From: Mustelus asterias | Taxonomy: Eukaryota | Length of the DNA: 64,000 nt | Direction of reading: 5' to 3' | NCBI RefSeq assembly: GCF_964213995.1 | Contig: NC_135801.1 | Location: 24,862,001 to 24,926,000, forward strand | Shown: piece after piece, positions 13,200 through 25,900 of the stretch | How positions within the stretch are numbered: position 1 is the first letter of the stretch | How the letters are laid out: every line of letters starts with the position of its first letter | Notes under the pieces: generated by a model | Seen by the model: the letters and a program-made list of their open reading frames with translations, nothing else | Databases searched by the model: none | Told to the model about the DNA's origin: nothing | Program-made: the position numbers and the translations under genes

Positions 13200-13575
13200 G
13201 GCTAAAAGATCTAACACTATCCAACTAGCCACGCAACCCTGCTCTTTCCCCAACACTGTGAAGACATCTCCCCTTCAAGTATTTTTCCAATTCCCTTTTG
13301 AAAGTTACTATTAAAGCTACTTCCGCAAAGCAGTGCACAACAATTCACAGTGTATTAAAAAAATTTCTTCTTGTCACCTCTGATTCTTTTGTTAATCACC
13401 TTAAAACTCTGTCTTCTGGTGACCAAACTTTCTGCCATTGGAAACAGTTTCTCCTTACTTAAATTATCAAAAAGATTTTATGATGTTGAATACCTCAGTC
13501 AAGTCTCTTCTTATCCTTCTCTGCTCCAAGTAGAACAATTCCAGTATCTCAAGTCTTGCCATGTAAAGCCCTCCT
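13200..13575 (-). mobile_element. Old CR1 3' fragment
   Basis: Minus strand resembles the CR1 ORF2 end (aaactgtttccaatggcag, tttaaggtgatt). Confidence 0.6.
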
Positions 13576-13755
13576 AGAATCATAGAATCCCTACAGTGCA
13601 AAAGGAGGCCATTTGGCCCATCGGGTTCGCAGCGACTCTCTGACAGTGCATCCCACCCAGGTCCTATCCCCTTAACCCCAAGTATTTACCTCGCCAATCC
13701 CCCTAACCTACACATCTAAGGGGCATTTACCATGGCCAATCCACTTCACTTACAC
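13576..13755 (-). mobile_element. V-SINE 3' half
   Basis: tagaatcatagaatccctacagtgca..ggccatttggcccatcg. Confidence 0.85.
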
Positions 13756-13789
13756 TTAGGAGCAATTGCTCCGATAGTGGAGCAAGTAA

Positions 13790-14392
13790 AATAGGGACAC
13801 TCAAGGGCCAGAAATCTTGGGGAGTTGTGGGGCTAGAAAAGATTACAGAGATAGGCAGGGGCAAGACAATGGAGGGATTAGAAAACCAAATGAGACTTTT
13901 AAAATCATAGCTTGCTTCTCTGGAAGTCAATGTAGGTCAATGAGTACAGAGTGATGAGGGAACAGGACTTGAGGGGATCTTATGGAGACTTATAAGATAA
14001 TGCGGGGGCTGGATAGGGTGGAGGCAGAGAGATTCTTTCCACTTAGTAAGGAAGTTAAAACTAGAGGACACAGCCTCAAAATAAAGGGGGTTCGGTTTAA
14101 GACAGAGTTGAGGAGGAACTTCTTCTCCCAGAGGGTGGTGAATCTCTGGAATTCTCTGCCCACTGAGGTGGTGGAGGCTACCTCGCTGAATATGTTTAAA
14201 GCGCGGATGGATGGATTCCTGATCGGTAAGGGAATTAAGGGTTATGGGGATCAGGCGGGTAAGTGGTACTGATCCACGTCAGATCGGCCATGATCTTAAT
14301 GAATGCCGGGGCAGGCTCGAGGGGCTAGATGGCCTACTCCTGCTCCTATTTCTTATGTTCTTATGGTGTGAATAAGATTGGCAGCAGGGTAA
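13790..14392 (-). mobile_element. L2 fragment interrupted by CR1
   Basis: Homologous to 12425-12640; resumes at 14365 (ggtgtgaataag) after the CR1. Confidence 0.55.
13971..14364 (+). mobile_element. CR1 3' fragment
   Basis: ETYKIMRGLDRV..TRGHSLKI..RRNFFSQRVVNLWNSLP; ttcttatg tail. Confidence 0.92.
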
Positions 14393-15017
14393 AGCTGGGG
14401 TGAAAATTAGTGATTCTTCGCTAGATAAACTTTTGTTCTAATTTTTGAGCATTTCGATGGCTTGCGCCAAAGGCTAAAATGAAATATTATATTTTTGATC
14501 AGCTGACATCGTCCCCCAACACCACTTTTATGTCAGTCAATGTTGCCGCCACTACTTCCCCAACCGATTAATGTGTAGGTCAAGAAGTGCGGTTATAGCG
14601 CGCTATGAAGAGATCCTCAAATCCTTAAAACAAACAGCTTTAGAATTCATTTCCTCCTCAGTCTCTTGAGAATTTCAAACATGAAAGACTACGAGAAGTT
14701 AATTCACTTGCTGTTGTGTTTACTCGTTACATTTCCTTATCACCAATATCTGGTGCTCCATTTAACTCCTGACTTGTTTTCAGCCTTCCTCTTCGAAGAG
14801 TTGCTGCAGGCCCACATTCCCAAACGTCAAATTTTGAGTGCCAAAATTGGCAGCCCATCCACCATTTTGAAATCATTGATTGTTAAGCTATTGGGCTCCT
14901 TACCAATCCAATCATCTGCAATTCTTTGTTGCCCACTGCGTTCTTCAGGCATCAGACATGAAAATGTTCAGGAGTCTTTTATACCAGCGATGAGGCAGCA
15001 CAAGATGGACAGCACAA

Positions 15018-15190
15018 AATGTCCTTTAGGGAAAGAAATGTGCCGTCTTTACCTGGTCTGGCCTACATGTGACTCTAGAGCCACAGCAATGTGGTTGACT
15101 TTCAACTGCCCCCCAAGGGCAACTAGGGATGGGCAATAAATGGTGGCCAGCCAGCAATGCCCATTTCCCACAAATGGATAAATAAAAAAA
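15018..15190 (+). mobile_element. SINE family B 3' part
   Basis: aatgtcctttagggaaagaaatgtgccgtc..gggcaataaa..aaataaaaaaa. Confidence 0.8.
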
Positions 15191-15228
15191 TAGCAAGAAC
15201 TGAGGAAAATACCGGTTAACGAAACTTC

Positions 15229-16422
15229 GGGCCTGATATTACCATTTTCATTCTAAGTGCTGAATCTGAGCGTAATTCAGATCCGACTTGGAAATCTGCT
15301 TTCAGGTGCCCCCATACACACTCAACCTGAAAAAAAAATTGCGGGTCCCATTTGCGCTGTGGGCGGGGCTTAGTGGACCCAAAACAATCAGAGCTCTGAA
15401 CTGCGCGTGTGCAGTTAGAAAAAATTTTGAAAAAGCACATCCGTGTCAGATCGCTCCCGGGCCGCAGAAAGCGGAGAAAGCGGCCCAGGAATGAAAAGCA
15501 GGAGCGGTGGCCCCCACAGACATCACTGTCCCCCTTATCCACGCCCCCGCTACCCAGACCGATTGCGACTCCCTGCCCCCTTCCCCCCCCCCAACCGATT
15601 GCCCGCTGAGTGGCAGTGGACCCCCCTGCCCCCTCTCCAGCCCCCCACCAGAGATCCATCTGCCTCCCACCACCAGTGAACGATCGGGCCTCCCCCCCAA
15701 CCCCACCAGAGATATATCTTACCCGCCTCCTTCCTCCTCCCCCCCTCCACCCCTCCCACCCCCCCCCCCCCACCCAGAGAATGATCTGGCCTCACTCATC
15801 CCCCCGAGAGAATGGCCTGGCCTCCCTCACCACCCCCCCCCTCAGAGAACGATTTGGTCTCACTCCCCCCACGAGGAACATCTGACCCGCCTCCTCCTCT
15901 CTCTCCACCAGACAATGATCAGCCCTCCCCCACCCCTCCACCAGACAGCGATCGGCCCTCCCGGCCCCCGCCCCCAACAGACAACGATCGGGCCTCCCTC
16001 CGCCCCCCCTACCCGCCAGGGAATGATCTGACCCATCTCTCTCCTCCCCCCCACCACTGATCTGAGTCAGAGAACCATTGGAAGCTCTGAACGCGCCTTG
16101 TCAGCAGCTGGAGCACCCGATACAGACTTTTATTGAACAGGTTCATTTTGGCGTGATTCAGGATTGGCAAACGTGGTGGTAAAGAGGGAAATGCTGATAA
16201 AGCTGGGCCGGCAGTTTATTAATTCAATTGAAATACATGCAAATACATTTAAATTGCCGTTGCGCCTGTTTCGAGTGCGAATCGGATCGCGGCCATTCCC
16301 GGGTTTCGGTAAAGTGGCCATCTGCGCGTACGCGGGCGTGGATCGCCTTAATGGCCTCACACCCGACTTTACCACGTGTTTGCGCCCGAAAACAGGCACG
16401 ACGCAGTGGTAAAATAGGGCCC
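15229..16422. mobile_element. Non-autonomous DNA transposon (Harbinger-like termini) with C-rich internal minisatellite
   Basis: Imperfect 16-bp TIRs gggcctgatattacca / tggtaaaatagggccc; right flank TTA; CpG-rich compared with flanks. Confidence 0.7.
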
Positions 16423-17214
16423 TTAGTCGAATGCCAGCAGAATTTGTCGGGGAAAGTGGCAATATCTGAATGTTTTATTTCAGTCACTTCTCAGCTTTTT
16501 TTGCGATTTAAATAAAAAATAACACTGACTCTGAGAGCACAGTGCCTGTGCAATTCTAACCATGCCCAGCTTCCAGTTCATGACTTTAGCCCCTCTGTCA
16601 CATGCTCTTTCAACCCACAGTACTGATTGGCTTGGAGGCCACTACTGCTCCTCCAATTGGCTTCCTTCCTGCCTGATGGCCAGTAATTAGCCATCCAACT
16701 GTTGACTGAACAGGCAGAGATGATAGATGCAGGTGCAGGTATACCTTCCAGTTTCCATCCAGACACCTTCACCATGCCAAGGAATGTAAAATCCATCCCT
16801 CAGTTTGGAACTTTCTTGTCCCACCTGCTGGTGGAATCTTCCAGTCCCACCAAAATCAATGGACCTTTGGCTGGCTCACCGCATTTGCTGTGGTGCTCAC
16901 AGCAGCAGGGCTGGAAGATCCAGAACCCCCTTCCACAGCACCACCACTACCCTCCCTCCCAACCCCCCAGTGTCTGATCACCAGAACTTCCAGCCTCCCA
17001 AATGCTGAGTTTCCTGTAAAGGCGTAATTAGCCCTGGCAGCTCAATTTTTCTACTTAACTGAGGTCCAATCAGCAAACTAAATGGGACTCCTAACAATGT
17101 CATCGGATGGGCAGGACAGACACCCAACCACTGCCTGCCTCGTCTGCTGTGCAAACCAAAATCAATCTACTTATTTCTTGAAAAGTGTTCCCTCAGCTAA
17201 CCTTTTGAGATTTG

Positions 17215-17780
17215 GAGTTCTGGTCAATTTGGAGTATTTTGTGCAGCTCTGGTCACCACACTAGCAGAAGGACATGGAAGCTTTGGAGAGAGTGCAAAGA
17301 AAGTTCACGAGGATGTTGCCTGGTCTCGAGGGTGTTAGCTATGAAGAGAGGTTGAATAAACTAGGATTGTTTTCACTCGAAAAATGAAGGCTGAGGAGAG
17401 ACCTGATCAAGGTCTACAAAATTATGAGAGGTATAGACAGGGTAGATAGTCAGAAGCTGTTCCCTAGGAAGTGTCAATTACAAGGGGGCACAGGTTTAAA
17501 GTGAGAGGGGAAAAGTTTAAGGGAGATGTGTGAGGGAGGTTTTTCACACAGAGAGTAATGGGTGCCTGGAACACGCTGCCAGAGGAGGTGCTGGAAGCAG
17601 GCACATTAGCAGCATTTAAGAGGCATCTAGATAGAACCATGAATAGGGAGGGAATAGAGGGATATGGATTGAGTAAGGGCAGAAGATTTTCCTTTAGTTC
17701 AGGCATCATGATTAACACAGGTTTGGAGGGCCGAAGGACCTGCTCCTGTGTTGTACTTTTCTTTGATCTTTTGTTCTTTA
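17215..17780 (+). mobile_element. CR1 3' fragment with stops
   Basis: LEYFVQLWSPH, GAWNTLPEEVLEA, gggccgaaggacctg tail. Confidence 0.9.
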
Positions 17781-18322
17781 AGACAAGAATAGCCGAAAGA
17801 TTTTTCAGATTGCCATTACAGAGCAGATATTACTATTACCTGGATGCAGCACACAGAATGGGTGTTATTGCCACCAAAGTTCCATGGGCCCAAACCTTCT
17901 GGCTACCTGGTGTTCCAGCTGCTCTTTACAATCAGTGGACCTTCGTTATTTTTCTCACTGAGCAGCGATGTGAATCTCCTTGACCAGGATAGCACACATC
18001 CAGAAATAAGTCATGCTAAGCCAAATGGAACATGTAGAAATTGAAAATGTGTCAATTTTGTGTTTAATTCACAAAGAAACTGAATGATTTTTATTTGTGA
18101 TTGTTTGCAGATAAATTGGCCAACATGATACCCTTACCCATCCCCAGCTGTAAGTTGGCAGTTGTCATGGCAATGGGCAGGTAAGTGGCTTGATACCCAG
18201 AAAGTATTGATCATATTTTTCAAAATGTTTTCACATGACTATTTAGTGGGACATTCAATCAATGATCCTTTAGTTTGCATGGTACACAAATCTTAGTTCG
18301 TAACGCAGCAAATCTTCATTAA

Positions 18323-18838
18323 AACGGTGGCACAGTGGTTAGCACTATTGCCTCACAGTGCCAGGGATCCGGGTTCGATTCCAGCCTCGGGTGACTGTCT
18401 CTGTGGCATTTGTATGTTCTCCCCATGTCTGCACGGGTTTCCTTCGGGTGCTCCGATTTCCTTCCACAGTCCAAAGATAGGGCGGCACGGTAACACAATG
18501 GATAGCACTGCTGCTTCACAGCTCCAGGGACCTGGGTTCGATTCCCGGCTTGGGTCACTGTCTGTGTGGAGTTTGCATATTCTCCTCGTGTCTGCGTGGG
18601 TTTCCTCCGGGTGCTCCGGTTTCCTCCCACAGTCCAAAAATGTGCGGGTTACGTTGATTGACTATGCTAAAAATTGCCCCTTAGAGTCCTGAGATGCGTA
18701 GGTTAGAGGGATTAGTGGGTAAATATGTAGGGATATGGGGGTAGGGCCTGGATGGGATTGTGGTTGGTGCAGACTCGATGGGCCAAATGGCTTCTTTCTG
18801 CACTGTAGGGTTTCTATGATTTCTATGATTTCTATGAT
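18323..18838 (+). mobile_element. Tandem V-SINEs: 5' half (18323-18478) plus full copy (18480-18838)
   Basis: Two heads, one tail of tttctatga repeats. Confidence 0.9.
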
Positions 18839-18839
18839 C

Positions 18840-19098
18840 TGATTTGAACCTTGCCCCCCTTACCTTGAACTTGTGACCCCTTGTGTTTGTCATTTCTGAC
18901 CTGGGAAAAAGCTTCCAACTGTTCACCCTATCTATGCCCTTCATAATTTTATAAACTTCGATTAGGTCACCCCTCAACCTCTGTCTTTCCAGGGAGAACA
19001 ACCCTAGTTTACTCAATCTCTCCTCATGGCTAACACCCTCCATACCAGGCAACATCCTGGTAAACCTTTTCTGCACTCTCTCCAAAGCCTCCACATCC
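18840..19098 (-). mobile_element. CR1 internal fragment
   Basis: EALERVQKRFTRMLPG..TRGHKFKV. Confidence 0.9.
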
Positions 19099-21119
19099 TA
19101 GAAAATAGACATACCTACAATAAAAAAAGGAAAGATGAATATGGAAATAGGTGGGGAGGTATATTTGAGACCAGGGTGAGACCTACCATGATCTGATTGA
19201 ATGGCGGAGCAGGCTTGAATGGCTGAATTTGCCTACTTCTGCTCCTGATTCCTATGTTCCTACCAAACCATACAAATCAGGAAGAGCCTAAATTTATTCT
19301 TATTCTGTGCTGCATTGACAGATCTGGGCCAAGTCAGTAGTTGGGAATACATTTGGCATCAACAATTCTGGTCTAGCGAGGAGTGCAATCAACCATAAGT
19401 GGTACTCCCATTCACTATTGACTTAAAGGTGCACTGTGTGGGCATAGGGGTGACAATAGCTCAGGTTCCAGTCTCACTCCTACATTGTTGAGCTCCTGGC
19501 TGATGTTTTCCATGTTCATATATGAGGTTTGGCCACTTTTCTGGAGATACTGAATGACTACTGCCACCCATAACTTTGTAACTAAGCATGAGCCAGCACC
19601 TTCAGAACAAAAAGGGAGAAAGATTTTTTTTCTTCTACATCGCGTTCTATAGCCCTCTATTAGAGACTGTACAAAAGCATCCTGAATAACATTCTTCCAT
19701 CCACTTGAAAGAACAGTAAAGGTCATGAAATTATCGCAAATAAAATTCTATTGCAAGCTTAGAGCTTCTTCAAACTGGTTTAAAGAGTAAAAAGAAAACT
19801 GAGCGCAGAGGAAGGACAGTTTATGCCAATCTGAGTTTAATATTCAATGGCAGCAAAGAAACATTGCTATAACAGCATAATAAATAGGACTTTTACTCCG
19901 AGGACAGTTCTTTGTTGCTGGAGGTCTCTTGTGTAACACACTGCCCACTGAAGATTATATTCCTTCTATAATACTCTATTCAATCCACAAGTGCAGAAAC
20001 CGTGTATTCATTTATCAAGATTTCACCTTGAATTCTGAATGTCACCACATGCTCAAATTGTTAAATATTTATTCTAAAAATGTGTAAATGATCTCCCTCG
20101 ATGTAATTTTTTTTCCCTTGGAAACAAGGCTTGAGGTTTTATATTGAGGGAAGCACTGTATGCAGTATTCATACAAAGAAGCAGGAATCACTTCCTATTT
20201 CTATTATTTGTTGCGTATTAAAAATAGATTGTTAAGTCCGTACTTAGGCATTGCGTAAGATTTCTACCTATTAATTTCTATTCAGCCAATCAGTCAGCTG
20301 CAGACAATTAGCGTAGGGCTTTAAGGAGGCAAGGAAAGTTAAGGGATGAACAAAAGTCATACAGCATATTGAAGTGCATCCCACCAGTACATTAACCTTC
20401 CCAGCATGGGATTTAATTATATTTTGAATAATTCTAACATTTGTGCCTCAATTATTTTGTTGATGTATGATTCAAAATGTTTACCTTTCTTGGGGTAAAG
20501 ATTTTATTTTCCTAATGTTTGCTTTGAATTTGCTCCTCACTCAATTCTATTGTGAGTCCCGCTTCGTGCAGTTTGATGTCATCTGTTAATACTCTCCAGA
20601 GTTCCTTCAGTTTGATGACAAGACAGTTTAATTCTATATGCCAGTACAGATGTAGACTGATGAATATATGCAGAGCTGCACAATTAAATCACATCTATCA
20701 ACAAAAGGTTACTCTGCAACAAATAGGAAATAGTTCAAAATTTCATTTACTGTTCCTGTGCTTGACGTTGAAACCAGATAGATTTTTCCCACAAGCTGCA
20801 AAATGTTCCACGTATGGGAATAAAGAAGCCACTGGAATCCAGCCCAAGGTCTTTAGGGGTGGAATGTTCTGGTCCTACCAGTGGTGAGTTTTGTGGCAGG
20901 GTGGGAGTGGAAAATTTGGAGAGAGGTCAAAAATGGTCAAAGTGAAGCCCCAGCAACACCCAGAGCATAAGGAGGTTAGACACCTCCAATGAAGGCAACT
21001 CACGTAACCGAGGGTCTACTGCAGAAGACTTTGCGACCTGGAGAAGAACAAAAGACAATGTTGTGCACATCCGCACTTGGCAAGAAAAGCGGTGGGTCAT
21101 ATTTGCCCCATTCAGTGGG

Positions 21120-21318
21120 AGTCCAAAGATGTGTGGCTTAGGTTGAGTGGCCACACTAAATTGTCCCTTAGTGTCCTGGGATATGTAGATTAGGGGGGTA
21201 CAAATGCAGAATTACGAAGATAGGATCTGGGTAAAATGCTCTGTTGGAGAGTCAGCACAGGCTTGATGGGCCGAACGACCTCCTTCTGCACCGCAGGGAT
21301 TCGATGATTCTTCTATGA
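21120..21318 (+). mobile_element. V-SINE 3' half
   Basis: gtccaaagatgtg..gatgggccgaacgacctccttctgcac. Confidence 0.75.
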
Positions 21319-21559
21319 ATCTATCTTCTAGGATCTAAAGCCCCATGGACTGGGAGGACATCCCCTGCCAGTGCCATGTTTAATTGTTTGCCTGAGATCT
21401 TTCCAGAGATCCGCAGGGGATCTATGCGGGATCTCATAGTCTTTAACACATAACCGTATCAAGGAGATGACAGATGTCCTCTACAGTAGGGGCCATCACG
21501 ATGTAAGTTCACACTTGTTGAAGCTAGCCAGGCTGCCAGAATTCTGGGATCTGTAGTTA

Positions 21560-22655
21560 TCTTTAGCTTCCCTGGAGCACAGGGTGCAATCGAATGCACA
21601 CACATGGTTTTAAGAGTACCATGGCAGCAGCCCCAGATGTCCATTAACAGGAAAGGATTCCATCTCCTGGAGGTTCATCTGGTGTGTGATCATCAAAGTG
21701 CATGATACATGTTTGTGCCAGGTATCATGGGAGTTCCCATGATTCAAATATCCTGAATCACTTCCAAGTGCCTCACATATTCAAAGCAACTCAATGATTA
21801 CCGAGCTGGCTGCTTGGGGATTTGATTTGATTTATTATTGTCGCATGTATTGACATATAGTGAAAAGTATTGTTTCTTGCACGCTATACAGATAAGGCAT
21901 ACTGTTCATAGAGAAGGAAAGGAGAGAGTGCAGAATGTAGTGTTACAGTCTTGGTTAAGGTGCAGAGAAAGATCAACTTAGTGAGAGATAGGTCCACTCA
22001 AAAGTCTGATGGCAGTAGGAAAGAAGCTGTTCTTGAGTCGGTTGGTACGTGATCTCAAACTTTTGTATCTTTACCCCAACGGAAGAAGGTGGAAGAGAGT
22101 CTGTCTGGGGTGCATGGGGTCCTTAAATATGCTGGCTGCTTTGCTGAGGCATCAGGAAGTGCAGATAGTGTCAATGGATGGGAGATTGGTTTATGTGATG
22201 GACCGGGCTTCATTTTCGATTCTTTGTAGTTTATTGCGGTCTTGGGCAGTGCAGGAGCCATACCAAGCAGTGATACCACCAGAAAGAATGCCTTCTTTGG
22301 TGCATCTGTAAAAGTTGATGAGAGTTGTAGCGGACATGTCAAATTTCCTTAGTCTTCTGAGAAAGTAGAGGCATTCTTGGTATAGTGTTGGTGTGGGGGG
22401 ACCAGGACAGCTTGTTGGTGACCTGCACACCTAAAAACCTGAAGCTCTCGACCATTTGTATTTCATCCCTATTGATGTAAGGGTACTCAAATGATGGCTC
22501 ATGACACCTGAGTGTCATCCTCAGAGGAGAGATACAATGCAGTGCATAAGTCGACCTAATCCATCATTGAGCAGACCACTGGCATACTGAAGATGCCTTT
22601 CCGATAATTGGACTGTTCAGATGGATCTTTGCAGTACTCACCACAGGGTATCCCG
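21560..22655 (+). pseudogene. Harbinger/PIF DDE transposase remnant, split by a LINE
   Basis: FPGAQGAIECTH..NRKGFH..VCDH..ARYHGSSHDSNIL..WLLGD (to 21821) | KGY..WLMTP..RYNAVH..IIEQTTGILK..LQYSP (from 22479); stops and frameshifts. Confidence 0.85.
21822..22478 (-). mobile_element. Rex1/Babar-like LINE 3' fragment
   Basis: LYFLRRLRKFDMSATTLINFYRC..ITAWYGSCTAQDRNKLQR; aataaatcaaatc tail; splits the GD|KGY motif of the transposase. Confidence 0.8.
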
Positions 22656-23223
22656 GATCATCCCACCAATGCCTACCACAATTGAGTGCAAGGCCGAGTG
22701 CAAATCCAGCAAGGTCTGCTGAACCGAGATCTCCAATGTGGAAGCCACCCTTCCTACAGAGACCTCAAGGCACTCATATGTTGGAGCCACGACATCAGAC
22801 AGAACGCGGATGGACTCTTCCATCATTCACTCAAGCTGTTGACTGCCTCTTGCAACTTTACCTGATTTTCTGACACCTCCTATGCTATCTTCAACATGTT
22901 AAAGACAGCCGCCTGCTAAGGGTCATCATCTGATTTATATTCAGTGGGTACCTGTTATCCAGCAATCCTCCAGTTCCAGAACCTGGACTGTCACTGCTTC
23001 CAACTGCTGTGCAAACACATCAGTGAGGTGTTCTCCAGAATGTGACCCTGGCCCTAATCTAGATCCATGACCCACCAGGGTGTGCGTCTCTGCGCTAACG
23101 GAGGGTTCAGGTGAATGCTGTGACAGTTCTTCCTCTGATACATCCTCAGTATCCTCCCCTCGGCTGGTCTTGTGATTTCTCTGGTGGTCTGTCTGGTCCT
23201 GTTGGTACCTGTAAGAGAGAGCA

Positions 23224-23490
23224 TGATAGCGTGGCCCCTTTAAGGGGGCGATCCCTGAGGGCCATGTGATCGGGCTAGACCCTATGGAGAGGCAGCGTGG
23301 GAAGCCAAGCCAATCGGGTGCAAGGGCGCACGTCCTGAGTCGGGGAGCAACCTCAGTTGGAGCCAGTGAGGAGACGAGAGTAGACATGTATTACAGCTCT
23401 GTAGACCATCACCTGTACATATATAAACGTTGTTAATAATAAACCTTTCATAACATGAAGCCACAATGACTTGCCTTTGAATTTATTACA
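23224..23490 (+). mobile_element. Probable solo LTR
   Basis: TG..CA ends, GC-rich first half, aataaa near the 3' end; TSD imperfect. Confidence 0.45.
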
Positions 23491-23534
23491 GAGAGAAAAG
23501 TAGATTCGGTTCATGAGCTAGCAGAATGCATTAT

Positions 23535-23659
23535 GGGTGGAGCTTTACAGCCTCGCTCGACCCGAGACTGGAAATTCTTGCCCAAGGCCAACGGGCATTT
23601 CCATTCTCCATCCTTCGCCCACTCCAATTCCGTGGTGGGCAGGGCGGTAGAATTCCGGC
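23535..23659 (-). repeat. About 125-bp MITE-like repeat (copy 1 of 4)
   Basis: Reverse complement aligns with 32030, 33609 and 44870 copies. Confidence 0.7.
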
Positions 23660-23741
23660 ATATATGTCACTCACTGTGATTATCAGGATGTGAATGACTC
23701 ACGGAGGATTCATCTGCACTGGCTTTCTGGGAGAGGCCAAC

Positions 23742-24089
23742 CTTGCCTTCCCCACAAGAATGATCTCTGACCCCACTAGCCAACTTAGTGGCATCTTCCT
23801 CAAAATGGGTCATCTGCCATCCTTCCTTCATCTGGGATATCACCCTGTGGTTGTGGGTGGGCTTGGCCGACGTGAAGATAAATGGAAGGGAACATGATGA
23901 GAAAAAATTGAGAGGTTGGGAAGCATGGGTGCCTGCTGTGTGCTGAACCCACCTCAATAAGGGCTGAGATGGAGATTGTGCAGCATGGTAGATGAGTTGC
24001 TGGTGATGTGAGACAATCAGTGCTGATAACGTCCACAGTGTGAAATCCCTGAACAGTGTAACCTTTGAGTGCATGATGCCATTGAGAGA
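23742..24089 (+). repeat. Donor segment duplicated in inverted orientation at 25361-25708
   Basis: 348 bp, about 10 substitutions, no indels by manual alignment. Confidence 0.95.
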
Positions 24090-24696
24090 GTGTGAGATGG
24101 ATGTGAGCTGAAGGTTGACTTACCCTGGCAGAGCAGGTGAGATCATTCATCCTCTTCCCACACTGGATTGCGTTTCTCAGGGCTCAATGAGCTAACTTCT
24201 CTTGCAACCACCTCCCAGGCCAGCGAGATGAGGCTGGTGGATCACCTGGAGCCAATCCTTGATAGAGGACATCCTAGTAGACTCCTTGAACCTTTAATGG
24301 ATGAGGTATGTTTGGTTCTAACAAGTACCAACCTTGCAAATGGACATAGCTTTTGAAATTCGAAACCGACCTTATGTCAAATGAATTAGATGCTCTTGAT
24401 TTACATCCCCGAATCACATTGTAGCAATCAAACTCACAGTGTATTTGTGTTCCATAGGAAAATTGGCAGGCAAAGATGAAATATAAGCTTTTTGTATATT
24501 GATCTTCAGCTGTTGTTCCCAAGTGTTTGGGAACCAGTAGACAGACAAATATAAAACCGTTTGATTTTGTCAGACAAATTCCTGAAAAAACCCTTTTTTT
24601 GAGGAATTCCTTCCAATTCAATAAAAAGAGTGAGGTGGTTTCCTTACAGTTTGAACACAGTATCTATTGATATTATGGTATTGCCATCTGCTCATC

Positions 24697-25037
24697 TTTT
24701 TTAAAATTCATTCATGGGACATGGGCATCATTGGCAGGCCCAGCTGCCTGATAGCAGGTGAGAGTCAGTCACATTGCTGTGGCTCTGGAGTCACATGTCA
24801 GCCAGACCAAGCAAGATGGCAGATTTCCTTCCCGAAAGGACATTAGTGAACCAGATGGGTTTTTCTGACAATCAGCAATCATTTCATGGTCATCAGTAGA
24901 TTCTTAATTCCAAATATTTTTTCTTGAATTCAAATTCCACCATCTGCCGTGGTGGGATTTGAACCGGATCCCCAGAATATTAGTTGCGTTTCTGGATTAA
25001 TAGTCCAGCGATAATACCACTGGGCCATCGCCTCCCC
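24697..25037 (-). mobile_element. SINE family B, full length
   Basis: ggggaggcgatggcccagtggtattatc head, ggttcaaatcc B-box, conserved core. Confidence 0.88.
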
Positions 25038-25160
25038 TGTCTTATGAAACAGTTAAATAATAAGGCCACATTTTAAAAAGAAATTACTGGCAGAATCTTC
25101 CACAGTAAGAAGTCTCACAACACCAGGTTAAAGTCCAACAGGTTTATTTGGTAGCAAATA

Positions 25161-25197
25161 CCATAAGCTTTCGGAGCACAGCTCCTTCGTCAGATGG
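25161..25197 (-). ncRNA. Minimal type I hammerhead ribozyme motif
   Basis: ccat CTGACGA a ggagc-tgt-gctcc GAAA gc TT atgg. Confidence 0.75.
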
Positions 25198-25863
25198 AGT
25201 GGATATCTGTTCTCAAACAGTGCAAACAGACACAGAAATCAAATTACAGAATACTGATTAGAATGCAAATCTCTACGGCCAGCCAGGTCTTAAATGTACA
25301 GACAATGTGGGTGGAGGGAGCATTCAAAACAGGTAAAGAGATGTGTATTGTCTCCAATTGTCTCTCAATGGCATCATGCACTCAAAGGTTACACTGTTCA
25401 GGGATCTCACACTGGGGACGTTATCAGCACTGATTGTCTCACATCACCAGCATCTCATCTACCATGCTGCACAATCTCCATCTCAGCCCTTATTGAGATG
25501 GGTTCAGCACACAGCAGGCACCCATGCTTCCCAACCTCTCAATTTTTTCTCATCATGTTCCCTTCCATTTATCTTCACGTCGGCCAAGCCCGCCCACAAC
25601 CACAGGGTGATATCCCAGATGAAGGAAGGATGGCAGATGACCCACTTTGAGGACGATGCCACTAAATTGGCTGGTGGGGTCAGAGATCATTCCTGTGGGG
25701 AAGGCAAGACAATACACATCTCTTTAACCTGTGTTGAATGCTCCCTCCACCCACATTGTCTGTACATTTAAGACCTGGCTGGCTGTAGAGATTTGCATTC
25801 TAATCAGTATTCTGTAATTTGATTTCTGTGTCTGTTTGCACTGTTTGAGAACAGATATCCACT

Positions 25864-25900
25864 CCATCTGACGAAGGAGCTGTGCTCCGAAAGCTTATGG
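25864..25900 (+). ncRNA. Minimal type I hammerhead ribozyme motif
   Basis: ccat CTGACGA a ggagc-tgt-gctcc GAAA gc TT atgg; palindromic AAGCTT in place of stem III. Confidence 0.75.

Larger units (their letters stand above)
22655..24245 (-). pseudogene. Harbinger accessory Myb/SANT-like gene remnant (exons about 24124-24245 and 22655-23208)
   Basis: AWEVVAREVS..RNAIQCGKRMNDLTCSAR followed by gtaagt donor; tctcttacag acceptor at 23209; convergent with the transposase. Confidence 0.6.

Noticed and set aside
14666-15139. 157-aa ORF as a host exon
   Set aside because: No recognisable domain, non-ATG listed start, and the 3' part runs into a SINE
15216-16060. Overlapping Pro/Gly-rich ORFs
   Set aside because: Artefacts of poly-C low-complexity sequence open in many frames
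21560-22655. Domesticated HARBI1 gene
   Set aside because: Stops, frameshifts, altered catalytic residues and a LINE insertion indicate a transposon fossil
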